Below, in pieces: positions 12,063 through 24,208 of a DNA stretch of 64,000 bases. The DNA comes from Klebsormidium nitens (taxonomy: Eukaryota > Plantae > Klebsormidiophyceae): the NCBI GenBank assembly GCA_000708835.1, contig DF237274.1, positions 1-64,000 of the forward strand. Direction: 5' to 3'. A program made the translations under genes and the position numbers. Position 1 is the stretch's first letter. Each line of letters opens with the position of its first letter. The notes below the pieces were generated by a model. It was given only the letters and a program-made list of their open reading frames with translations, did no database searches and was not told the DNA's origin.

Positions 12063-14129
12063 AAAATTGGGGGGCGTTTAAGGGCAATCGGCAACGGGCT
12101 CGAATCAGGAGTCCCAAGGAGCGCTTCCCAGCCTATGTAAGCTCTTGTTAAGGTGTAACCTATTAAGTCATTCGTTAGTAGCTATTTATTTGTAGTATGA
12201 CGTTCTTGGAAGAAAGTCAGCATTTTCCAGTTCGTTACTAAAAACTCGTGTGCAAAGAACGTGTGGAGGGACAAAACGTTCGAGAAACTTGGCTGTCTGG
12301 TTTGATAAAAATGGTACGATTAGGAATCCGTTCTTCATAATCGGGACATCTTCTGTACACTTGGGCAGCGCCGTCAATTGGTTTTGCAAGAAGCAACATG
12401 ACTCACTTTCTCGTATATGAATGCTTTTGCCGTATAGCCGGTGGTCTAAACAAGAGATATTAGTTCTCTTTTGAGCACGCCATACACCGACAAATAGAAA
12501 CTCTTTCTATAGATATAGCTTGTTTGCACGCACCATTCTTAACTACTTGCTTTACGCAAAACGACATATTTAATCATCTTTCATGCGTTTGCGATGGGCG
12601 GCCGCCTTCAGCCAGCAAGCCATTCGACCCGGGCTCCCAAACACATGAGTCAATTTTCATGAACGACGTGCATTCGTTCATAACCATCTCGTGCTTCGAT
12701 CCGGTATGCATGCAATCCCCACCTGTTCTTTCGCATATATAGGAGGCGCGATGTCAATCAATATTTGCCGTGAGGAGTCATTTACGAAAGAAGACGGATT
12801 GCGTCTTACGACAATCTGATTTGCAATTGTTCCATGACGTAGACATATGTCGAGCGAACTCTACATTGTTTGTCGGGTGCTGGTGCTATCTCGGATACCC
12901 TGCGGCCAGATACAAGGGCAGCCCCGATTGCTGGAGGACCGTGACAAATTTGGAAGGGATTGAGGAAGGCAACGCGACACTGCATCAGTTCAGCCCCTTG
13001 CATGGCCTCGTAAAGTCAAAACCCAACTCGAAGCCATCGTTTCCGTCACGGAAAAGCTCGCACCCAACGCATACGTCCGGCTATCGATATTACTGCCGCA
13101 TTCTCCCCCCTCCCTTTCAAAAGTCATCCCCCTTGCGGTCCACAGCGCCCGTCTCGGTCCGAGCCTCTCAAAATTGGGGGTCCGCCCACAGCTCCCTTAC
13201 GAGTTTTCAACTCCGAACTCGATGCGGTAGTTGCGACTGCACGGTGGCCTTTAGCTGCCAGTCAAAATCGCAGCCATCTTATCCAGAAATGTGCGCCTCG
13301 TTTGCAACTGATTGCTCAAAAAATGCACTTTTTATCCACATCGAATCCGTAAAAAGCACATTAGGTTCAAGTCGTGCTATCAAGCCGGGTACTGTCTTGG
13401 ACCAGATTCAGGACTGCAAACTGAGAAACTAGTGTTAACGGTTTTCGCCCACTTTCCTGGTCGATGCGGCTTGCCATGAGAATAGAAGCGACCAATTTGG
13501 CAGCATGAGTCGGAAAGAAACGGAAAATAACGGCAAGCGAAATTGCATGCCAGTATCCGTTCTGAAGCAGGCTTCAGGAAAAACTGTTGGATCCGCTTCA
13601 TGTCGTTAACTCTGTACGCTATTTCGCGGGTCCGCTCAGATTTTGCCGCCTGCCTTCCGCTCAACTGTGGAGGCCACTTGATTGCTCAGTAGTGCCGGAA
13701 ATACGCTCGAGCTGCGTCCGATCACGGATTCTTGGGCGAGACAACTTACCTGAACGGCTGTCCTGAACGGGTATCCGTTCAGAGATCTGTGCTGTTTTTC
13801 CTGGATCAGCAACTTAGACCTCAACTTCAAGTGACTGCTTGGAGAAGCTACCGCTAGCACTGTCCTCAGATGGGCATACATTCATTCGGGAAGATCTTGA
13901 TCGAGCGCGTCAAGCGCTCAGGACAAGCAAAGTGATCCCCCTTCCAGTTCCCTCAAAAAGTCCTTTATCGGCTTTCTCGACTTCGGCAGTTCCTCTTACT
14001 GATCCCTTCGCAGAATTCGAACCGGCATATATATATATCGATAGAGTTCGTTTTCCTGACCAGTCATGCATAAATTGAAATGGTCCCCTGAACAAAATTG
14101 CGTTCTTTTCAAAAGTCCCTCTTCCGCCA

Positions 14130-16440
14130 AGACGGTCATGATGGCCCCCAACGCAAAAGAAGGCCGAGCTCTGCCGCTACTTTGGAACCGCGCACGGGTG
14201 CGCGCGCGGCGACGAATGCTTCTTCGCGCGCGAGAAACGCGAGCTGGTCCCCTGGCGCCGCTCAAGAGCGCGCTAGGCGATTTGGCGGAGCCGGGCAGCC
14301 TCTCCCGTCAGAAGCTGAAGGCAAGTCGTGCAACCGCGATCTATGGATTGGGCGTTCTGAGCTCTTTAGTGCGTTTCCTTGGCTTTCGAGCACCTTCAAC
14401 ATTTCAAGGCATTCTTACCGAATTTGGAGTGAAGTGAAGGTCACTTCTGTTTCATCTATGGTGCTTGGAAGGTTCCAAACTTTACTACTCCTGCGAGTAA
14501 CACGGTCGATCCTGAAAACCATACTTTGATAATTCAAATCAGATTGTAAACGGGTTCTTCCATCTCCTCGCGTTAGTTTCAGAAGAGATTGGAATCTCCT
14601 ACTTCTTTTCCGCATTTTCTCGCTAAACCACTCTGAACGCACACCTTACTGTCTTTTTTTGCAGCAGTGGAATACCGAGAAAAAAATAGAATTTTCAGTC
14701 GGAAAATCTTCGTTGGCGGCCTGCCCGAGTCTGCCAATGCTGGTAATTAAGATGAAAGACGACATGACATCTATCGTCCTTCGTACGTGGATCAGAGTCT
14801 AGACCTGCTTCAACGAACAGCTGATCTTTTCAGATGAAACGTCTTGTCCGATCATCGTGGAGTGGAAGCTACTCGAATTATTACCTGAGTGTCGCCTCGT
14901 CTTCTTACCTTCCTTGTGTATGGACCACTGTTCCCAAAGGAATTCCAGAAACCAGAATTTTGCTCATCGCGATTCCCCTGGCCGGGCGACGAGTTGTCTT
15001 CTCTTGGAACTATGCAGACGACCTGAAGAGTACTTCGAAAGCAATTTCAGCCCTGTCGACGACGCGATCGTCATTGGGTCTCAGACGGCGACTGGGATGC
15101 ACTCGCGCGGCTTTGGTTTCGTCGCCGTCAGCAGCGAGGTCACGGCGCAGAAGGCCTGCAGGCAGCACTACGTGATATTTTGCAGGAAAGGTGCGGCTTC
15201 GTACGGCGGAAATACAAATTTTTTCAAGGTCAGATGGTTTCTGAGGTGATTCAGAATGGGGGTGAAGATGAACTAAGAATCAGCCTGTAGCTACCAAAGG
15301 GGAGATTGTGTACAGTAGTGGAAGACGTTAATATGTCAGGCCCCAGAGGATTTTCTCTCAGAATCTTTGTTAGACAACAACCTGCCAGTACTACTCGGCC
15401 CCATCAAAATCTTCCGTTTCTGCAAAAGTCGGATTCTGCAAACCTGCCTGACTTCAGGTCCAGAAAACTGGGACGGCTGGTTTCTCTTCCTGCTATCTCG
15501 TGCTGATGTCAAACAAATGGTGTTAAAAGGGTCTCCTCCTTCTCTGCCTCCAGGTGGAAATGAAAGCGGCCGTCCCACGACCGGACTCCTTCCTTTGGGA
15601 AGAACCCCCCAAATGCAAATCGCGGATACCCCTGCTTCCCTCCTCGTTCGCATGCCGGAAAGCCCTGCAGACGGAATGAGCTCGCCGGATTCTGAACGGC
15701 TGACCTCCCAGCACGTCCCAAACCCGCCAGCCTTGGTCGCGCGGCCGCGGAGTCGCCTTCGCTGGAGTTGGTGGCCTGCAGGGATGTCAACAATTGGGAA
15801 GAAAAGCGGTCTCAAGTCGCCGTGGCAGAAACTACCGGTTCTTGCGAAAAGGCTCGATGCCCCGCCCCTTTCAGCGACCGGGAGAGACGAGACGAGCACA
15901 ACGGACCGGTAACATCCCCCGTGCAAACCCCGCCAGAGCACGAAGAGTTGCCACCGCCCCCGGTCGCAATGGCCGGGAGCGTCAAATGCCCGCCCTGGCT
16001 GCGCAGTGGCTGGCCCCGGTTACCTGTCCACCAAGCGCGGCGTCCAGTTCGCCAGGTCGTCGTTCAAGGGCGACTTCAGCGCGTGCTTTGGGATGGAAAT
16101 TCCGCACAACTGGGCTTCGTAAAGCTGAGCGATTTTCAGCGCTCCATGCCCGAAGTTGGCAAGATGAAGATCGTGCCGGCGCCTCCACCTACGCGGTCCT
16201 CATGCCGTGCTCGCCGCGCGCAACCGCGCTGCCGCCGCCGCCCAAACTCCGCGCGAAGTTCGTGTACTCCGGGCGGTCGTACGCATGGGCGCGCAGGGGG
16301 AGAGAAGCCCAAGCAAGGAAGGGGAGGAGGCAGGACCCCGAGCACGAGATGTTGCTACAGCGGCACCGGCCGGGCCTTGGATCAAGTCAAATGCATGATG
16401 GAAACATGTGCAGAACGCCTCGGGCACTCTAATGCACAAA
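14130..16440 (+). pseudogene. CCCH zinc finger + RRM + OST-HTH/LOTUS RNA-binding protein pseudogene
   Basis: CCCH-like KAELCRYFGTAHGCARGDECFFAR (~14159-14230) has the His ligand replaced by Arg and is followed by TAG. RNP2 RKIFVGGLP is at 14700-14742. RRM DDLK/EYFESNF...SRGFGFV has a 1-nt frameshift near 15027. LOTUS-like LGFVKLSDFQRSMPEVGKMKIV / GASTYAVL has a frameshift near 16175. Confidence 0.7.
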
Positions 16441-17309
16441 GAAGAGCCATCAAAGTAATCGGGTAAATGATTGTTACGAGGCCATACACAGAGTCTCTGC
16501 CCTGGGCTTTTGAAGGCCGGCCAGCACGCCGAAGAATGGCAGGAAAGCCTGCATGGAATAGCACCAAGAAGCGCCCAACCACCCAACCTGAAACCTGTCC
16601 TGCACAGTCCCTGTCTTGTGAAGCAGCTTTTGGATGTTTTCTTCAAAACGGCTGCTTTCAGTTCCGAACAAAAGTTTCGTATTGACATATCGAATTTTGA
16701 GTGATTCTTTCAAAACCGGAACTCGACTTACGAAGCTTTCGATCAATATCGATGCCTCGGTGTTTTGAGAGGTTTTCCCGATACGGACAATGAGTCTGGG
16801 TTGCTTTATAATAGAGCTGTAGCCTTGCACATGCATGTGCAAGTGAACGTATGCAATGATATGTTTTCAACCTGCAATAGCTCACTACGTCATGCACACG
16901 TTGCACGCCTCACGCAGGAAGCTCCCCTCTGAACTACTTTCACGTGAGGAGGAATCGCCCCTGTATGTTCGTCCATAAAACAATGATGTACTCGAAGCGC
17001 TCATGTGCCAGACCCTCTGCAAACGTGAAACGTCTCAGTTTCAGGTTGCTGTCGTAAATTATCTGCGGCCCGGCGACTCTGCACAATGCAGATGTGCAAG
17101 TATACGCCAGACTATCATACAGGGTATCAATACCTATTGTTAGCCACTATATTTTGATTTCATAGCATCGATACGTCAGAAAGAAGATGTAGGAGAGAAC
17201 CGTATAAGTGGATGCCCAGACCATCATGCAAGTGTATGTTGTTCACATTTCTCTTCCCACTGCTGTGACAAGAACGGCCGGAGTCTTAGTACTAATGCCC
17301 GCTGACCGG

Positions 17310-20300
17310 CTACTTCCATGTGATGTTTCCAACCCCAGAGAACGCACTCTTAAGAGCTTTTGGGTTGGCCCAGGCCGAGTTCGTGAAGGCATCATCGTCG
17401 TCTTCCGCAAGAGCCTGCATAAAAGAAGATTCTTTACTCAGTTCAGGATGCGCATAAAGAAACTCGTGTCAAAGAGGTGCGAAAATTGAACTCTGAAGAC
17501 ACTAAATGTTATTTTCTGCCTCCCAGTGTGGCGCGTGGCAAGCGCTGACACGATCTGGACTCAAAAAGAGCATGCTTTTTCGTGAATCCAATAGCGAGAC
17601 TTGGTAAAGTATTCAACGCCACCCTTGTTTTGCTAAGCTTTCGTGCATCACGAGGTGTTTTTGCACAACATACCGTGGCGGAAGAGGCTGTACAGAAGGA
17701 CAGATGGGCAGGTTGTTCTCCACATGAAGGAGGAAGGACAGCAATCAGAGAAACCCTATAAAAGAAGCTTCCCCTTACCTTTTCCTCCTGCTGCTTTTTA
17801 AAGTACCAGGCCATCATGGCCTTTTGAGTCTCGGCATCCGCAGGCTGCCAACGAACAACAGTTCTTTGTAAGTGGCGATGCACTCAGAGCCTTAGGCAGG
17901 CTCTGTTACATGTCAAGGGCTGGCCGAGCCTCCTGCTTGATATCGAAGGTACGGAACAGCTACAAAGCCTGAACGGTGCAAGGGCTATTGCGTAAAGCGA
18001 CCGGGAAGACAGGGAAGCAGACGATGTGCGAGCAGGGAAACAGGAGCGAAAAACAAGCTGCCCCAGTCAAGGACGGGTTTGTTGTGAACACCGAGCTTCT
18101 ATCAAGGGCCACGCAAATGGGGCGGCAACTCACCGGCTCTCTCGAAGGTGGCCCGACGCCCTTCTTTTGTAGCTTCGCTACGACCTGTGAAAAAGGAAAA
18201 ATGGACCTGAAAACTGCGAGGGGGTACGGCCAGGTGCGAACTGTAATGGCGGGCTGAGCGAAAGACAGGCACAACTGGAGCCGTGAAGACAAGCTACAAG
18301 TAGATCACTCTCATAACGTATTGATCTGGAGATCGCCACTCCAAAGACAACACCACTTAAGAGGCCACCACTCCAAGCAGAGTAGTGAACAGCGACGGAA
18401 GGAGCAAACTGGCGGAGAACAAACGGTACGAAAGTCAATTGACCCCACTACGCAGATGACTATCCGACGAGTCGCATCACTGACGCACCTTGGTTTTCTC
18501 GTTCTTGCCGACGTGCTGGCTGAGCTTGTTCCCCCGGAGCAGCTCCTTGCCGGCCCACCACAGCGTCGCCGTGTTGGGGTCCACCTCAGAATCGGCGGCC
18601 TGCAACGCGAACATTCCCAGCTGTCAACGAGCTTCGTCACTCACAAGTTTTCTGCGTTGAAAGCCCTGGGATTGATAAACTTACCAGGTTAGACCGGGTA
18701 GGGTCATATTGAGCGGTTTGGGTGGGATTAGAGTCGTAAGAACATAGAGTCTGACATAGCACCTTGGAATTCCCCGATCATTCCTGAGACCACCCGTCAA
18801 CAAGCCTCCTCAAAGATGGGGCTTCTTATGCGATTCTTTGTTCAGCAAGACATGCCGACCAAGAAACGTCCGGACCGGCGACATGCTCTGTAGCTCCTCA
18901 TGGCGGTCTCGAAGTTTGCCGACAAGTGCGACCCAGCTTGACCACAACTTAAAGACTCAAGTTAGTGGCGGTCGAGAGGCTCTATGACAAGCTTCGTTCT
19001 GCGGATGAATTCGAATTTCGACCTCTATGACGATCCGTTCACTGTACAGTTACTGATGAGCTTTGACCAGGGATCGCCGAGGTAGGCGAGTCTTGAGAGA
19101 CGGATGCGAAAAACGTGTAGGACTGCCATGAACCAGAGCAGGAGTCGAGCAACTTCGAGGATTTGTCGTGCTTGAAGGGAAGGTCCCCCAACCTCACCGT
19201 CGTTCCGACCTCGAGCTCCTGACGCACAGGGTCGTAAGCAGGGAGCCCGTCAGGAAAGCAGCGGTGGACGGCTTCCCGTATGCTGTCCACGACCTCTCGC
19301 AGGCGGGCCTCGGTCAGAGCCACCTTGTTCGCGACTTGATCCTGTAAAGACATCGAGAGAACATTTTAGAACTGACGTGTTGCAAATGCAATATTTGTGG
19401 AGACCTACGCAAAGGCATGCGACTCCACGAAGTAAAAACTGGATGTGGACAAAAGGTAGAGGAATGTTCCGATCAGCAGATATGGCCAGCAAGTGGGGCC
19501 AAGAGAATTGGTCGCGGGTTGGATGCGACGAGTAGCAGTATGTTTGACTGTTGTGGGACATGATGTTGTTTGCAGGGGTCAAGACATTCCAGAACGTCGT
19601 CTCGGGCCTTATTAATCGTCCTTTCCATTTAGAGGTGCAGGCAAATTGCACACTTTGAACGTACCTTCGAGATGTAGGCTGCCGCTTCTGCAAGGGCTTT
19701 CCTGAGGGCCTCTGCTGCTTCCGGCGATGGCGCTGCAAGGAAAGCGCCTTCAATCTATATTGTGACAATTGATGCGGAGATGGGGAGCAGATTATCAAGA
19801 CTGCATAGAGACGGCGCCCTTCCACCGAAATCCAAAGTAGATGCCAAAAACATAGTTAGGGTCATTTACAGGGACACTCGGGAGAAGCTGCGACCGGCAT
19901 GGTGATGCCAGTATGCATAGACAACCGACGCGACGAGCTGGCGCATCAAAGCTTCTCAACGTTTTCAAAGAGCACCTTCAATCAGGAAAATGAGAAGTAT
20001 TTTACAGGAGAATAACCAACCTGCTCCTGTACGCCGCTCTGACGGGTCTGCACAGTGGTTCTCCCCTGCCTGACTGCCCTCCCTTTCACTTAAGCTGACT
20101 TCCGCAAGTTTCTCCGCTGCGTCGTCATCCTCTGGTGGTCGAGCTGGGCCATGCTTGGCTAGCTGCTCCCCTTCCTGCTGCAGCCGGCTTATCCTTCCGC
20201 GCAGATTAGTAATGTTCACCAGCTGCCTGAGATGGGAGTTAGGAGCTCAGGTCAACTTCTTAGTTTAGATTGATGTTCTGCCTCAGAAGGGAAAAGCACA

Positions 20301-20755
20301 GTTTTTAATGCCGCTGTAGCAATCTGATTACGCACATAGAGGCATTGTCTTCGCAAACCTTCAACTGAGATGTGAGTCATCGTGCACAATTTACCAGAGG
20401 CAAATGAAAGCAGGAGTGATTGTTCCTCTGCTGATGTGCATTCAGCAACTTGCCTTCAAAATAAAGTTTTCCTGATCATTTGTGTTGCTTGGGTTGTGAT
20501 TGAAAGCAGGACACAACTGACTGCAAAATCTCTTGCCATCAGGGAGTCTTGAAAGATTTGATTGCAATCCCGATTCCCATTTTCACCTTTTCCCACTTCT
20601 CTCCACCGGTTCAGAGCTGAAGGGATGTGTATGAGGAAGAAAAAAGAGCTGCTCTTGGACATACTGTACCTGATCAGGGTGTCCACTTCTTCAGAGCACG
20701 TCGTTTCAAAAAGAAACTGGTCTTCTTCACTCCGCTTGACGTGAATGAGCACCAT
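17310..20755 (-). CDS. CFAP298: Cilia- and flagella-associated protein 298 (C21orf59/FBB18 homolog), ~8 exons
   Basis: MVLIHVKRSEEDQFLFET, DGLPAYDPVRQELE, ATLWWAGKELLRGNKLSQHVGKNEKTKV, GPPSREP, QKAMMAWYFKKQQEEK and DDDDAFTNSAWANPKALKSAFSGVGNITWK* all match the family. Exon phases were consistent at the junctions checked. Confidence 0.95.
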
Positions 20756-21279
20756 CCTGAATTGGTGCAGGCAGCACTCTAATCAATTGAAAAATTTCAA
20801 AGCGCCCTCAAGCTCAGCTGAAAAGTTGACTTGAGCTCAGATGGTTTCCTGAAATGGTACTGCAGGAGCTACCTGGAGCTCTTCAAACTTAAAATCTTGA
20901 AGCGCCTTGAAAGGCCGATGTGGAAAGAAATCTTAACCTAATGTTCAGACTGCAGGTGTAATCCCAACAGGGAAACCCTAATTTTGAAGGAAGCGTTACG
21001 CTAACAAGGCCGCCCTGGACAGCCGTTACCAGCCTGGTAAAGCTCTGGACCCGCTTCATTAAACACGGAAGACCCAGCCAATTCCGAAAGCCGTCAACTG
21101 CCAGTGCAGCGTCAATGAGTACGGCGTCAATGTTCTTCGTAACGTCCAATTCCGCTCTCGCCTGCTTGAGGAAAAGCTCCCACAAGTAAAATGCATGGCT
21201 TTTGCCACTAGTAGTAGTAGATGGCACTAGCAATGTAGCATTGCTTGCAATTCTCTTTCATTTGCAAGTTGCGCCCTTC

Positions 21280-23416
21280 ATGATGGGCTCCCTTCACCTG
21301 CTCATCAGACGCTGGCAGGCCAAAATCACGGCCTGGGATGGCTCAGCAAAGGTATCTAGTGTCATCCGCCAACACCGGGTAGCCTGGTCTGAGCAAGCAG
21401 ATCGCGCCATCAGCGGATTTGCGGGCTCAAATGAAGAAATTGACGAGCACGGATGTTTTGAAAAGTCACCAGATGGACAACCATCACTCTCATGGCTTCC
21501 AGCTGACACACAGCCCTACACCCAACTTCAATTGCGTGAAGACTCCCAGCATTCTAGTAGTGCATACCACCAGCTACAAACTCCCCTGCACAAGTCCGCC
21601 GCATTTTCTCTGAGTGTCTTCTCACATAATCCGGCGCCATTTTGCACCATGTCAGAAGCCAACGCCTTTGCCAATTCAGCCCAGTGGCCAGCGCCAGGTG
21701 TCCGTCACTATGCCCGCAGACGAGGAGCTACTGCTTTCAAGATGAGCGACTACCTGCCCCCTCCGGAGGCACTACCCACGACCAGAGCCTCCAAACCCAA
21801 AGCCCCAGCTCTCCCGATCCCCCCCCCCTCGTTCTCGGGCGAAAGCACCCCCGAGATGATCGAGAAGGCACAGCTCTTTGAGCGGGCAATGGCGGCGTTT
21901 CAGCAGCGGGGGTACCTCGTGCATCCAGAGAGGCCCGACCGTGCGGAACAGCTGAAGAAGCTAGAGAAGATCTTTGAGGTCTTCGGGAAGAACGGGTTCT
22001 CCGTACTGAGGCTGCAGGCGGCGCTCAAGTGGGAGGTCCGGCACATGGAGAAGGCGCAAAAACGGGGGGTTGCAGATTCTGACACAGAGGAACTTGAGCA
22101 GTCTGCCGTGCGGGTGAGACTGGAGGATTCGGAATCGAGCGAAAGGGCAGGAGAGGAGCAGTCAGAGGGCCCGGTCTTTCATACGAGGGCCGAGAGGAAG
22201 GCGTTGAAGAAGGCGCGGGAAGAAGCGGCTCTTGTACAGAGCAGGTCTAGCGATCTAGAGTCGCCTCAGACAACAGGGGAGAAGGTTGGGGAGTCCAACC
22301 AGGCACCGAAGGCTAGCACTAGCCAAAAACGAGTACCACTAGACATAGCCGGAGGGGGAGAGTCCACTGTACAGAATGAGAGTCAAGTTTCAGAGCAATT
22401 AGGCGAACCTGTAGGAGACGAAAGCGGGCATGCTTCGGCAGCGGAGAGCACCATCGAAACTATAGATGACGCAGCAGGCCAAGAAACGAAGGGGGAATGG
22501 AAACGCACAGTACGGAAGAAGCGGCGCTCTCCAGAGGAACTGCCGCCAGGGAGTCCCTACGCGGGCAGCCTGAAGGGCCTCGTGAAAGGGGTCGGCGAGG
22601 GGGGGCCTTTCACGGAGTTTGTGCGGGGGCCCACGCAGCCGGCACACCGGGGGGGCCAGGGGCCGGGCCTGACGCTGCGCCAGAAGCGGCTGTCGGCGCA
22701 GATTCAGAAGGCGCTCGCTGAGGTCATGATGGCGGACGGGGATCTGCGGAGCAGCTTGCTGGAGGAGGGCGGGTTCGCGGTGCTGGAGGTGAGGCTGTCT
22801 GTATGATTGTTGACCACATCTGCAATCGGTGGGGCCTGATCCGTATCGTCTGAGTTCTGCCAATTTGTGTCCACAATGACAGTTCCAGTGTCTTTGTCGC
22901 TTGCTACCTGCCGGCAGCAGTCCTTGACGTTCTTGTATAAGCTGCCAAATGTCTAGGCATTATGTGCAAGTGCATTCTGTCATCCCGATAAACTATAGAA
23001 ATGATTGACATGAGGCCTCCCGTTGGAGCTTTCCTCCTGCTGGCAGGGAGGCTGATATCCTCATGTCAGTGTACAAAATGAACAGTTCAAGAGATGAAGA
23101 TGCTTTTAGAGCGAGGCCGACCTTATTTGTGCAAAACCCACACGTAAGTATTCCACTGACGATTACCGTGTTACCTTCTAAGCTGCAGGTCCGCTTGACC
23201 CACGAACTAGACACGGCCTTTGTTCGCTGGACGTGCAACCAGGGGGCCGAGAAGGAGGTCGAGAAGAAGCTGGGGAGGGTGGCGGGGCGGCTGAGAACAG
23301 CGCTGTTCAAGGCTCTTGCCATGCCGTTCTCCCCCAGGCTCGAGTTCAAGTACGATGAGCTTTCGGAGCAGATTCATGCAATAGAAGACGCCTTTGACAG
23401 ACTGCATGATCTTTGA
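21280..23416 (+). CDS. RBFA: Ribosome-binding factor A family protein with long low-complexity N-terminal extension (organellar, probably mitochondrial)
   Basis: RQKRLSAQIQKALAEVM...VLEVRLS followed by VRLTHELDTAFVRW...LAMPFSPRLEFKYDE is RbfA-like. The start codon is uncertain (21280 or 21649). Confidence 0.75.
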
Positions 23417-24208
23417 TCTGAGCCGATCAACGATATCATACAGAATTGTTTCGATCGTCCATCTGCATCAAGAGCAGCTCGGAATGCTTCGCAAGTTACG
23501 AACAGCAACGACTTTTAGCCAAGCACAAATTTGAGTTGCTAAGGAATCTGGTTGCAGTTGGAGCCGAAGGATGATCATATACATGTGGCGCTGCATGATC
23601 TAGGCGAGTTGCCGCCATGTGAGGATGCAATTAAATTGTATATAAGTGAGGTCGGCGTGCCCATGTGCCACGCAATCGCATGGCCAGCTAGGAAAATTAG
23701 TGCTGCATGCGGCCGGCTTTGCCATGTGGGATCCAACTTATCATGGCGCATTGTGATCAACAGAAGATCATGTGTCTGCAAGGAGCTCAATGCTTGGGAT
23801 TTTGCATGAGGCTTAGCGCAACGCACACTAGCTTGCAATCGAGCCATCCCCCGCAACCCTACCATAGCGGCATAGAAATCAAGTACGATCAATCGCCGGC
23901 ATGCAAATTCAGATTTCGATATGCATGGCGATCCATTTTGATCAGGCAAGCAACCATGCTCCAATTGGTACACGAAAAGCTCCCGCCAAAAGTAACCCTT
24001 GATTCCAAGTTGAGAATTTTTGGCTACCTTTGCTACCCTCGCAAGTAAACCTCGTCCCCCTACACAGAGTTCTGCATTGCGATTGAAGCTGCCATTGATC
24101 CCTATTACAAGAATCTTAGCACTGTGGAAGTGCTTCCTAGGAATGGGACGCTCTATGACGTGACCAAGAAGATCAGACCTTCACGTTCACAAAGTCTCTC
24201 ACGGTTCG

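Noticed and set aside
12186-13432. ORFs 12186-12389 (-), 12806-13003 (-) and 12770-13432 (+)
   Set aside because: No recognisable motif or consistent splice chain; treated as probable chance ORFs or unidentifiable relics.
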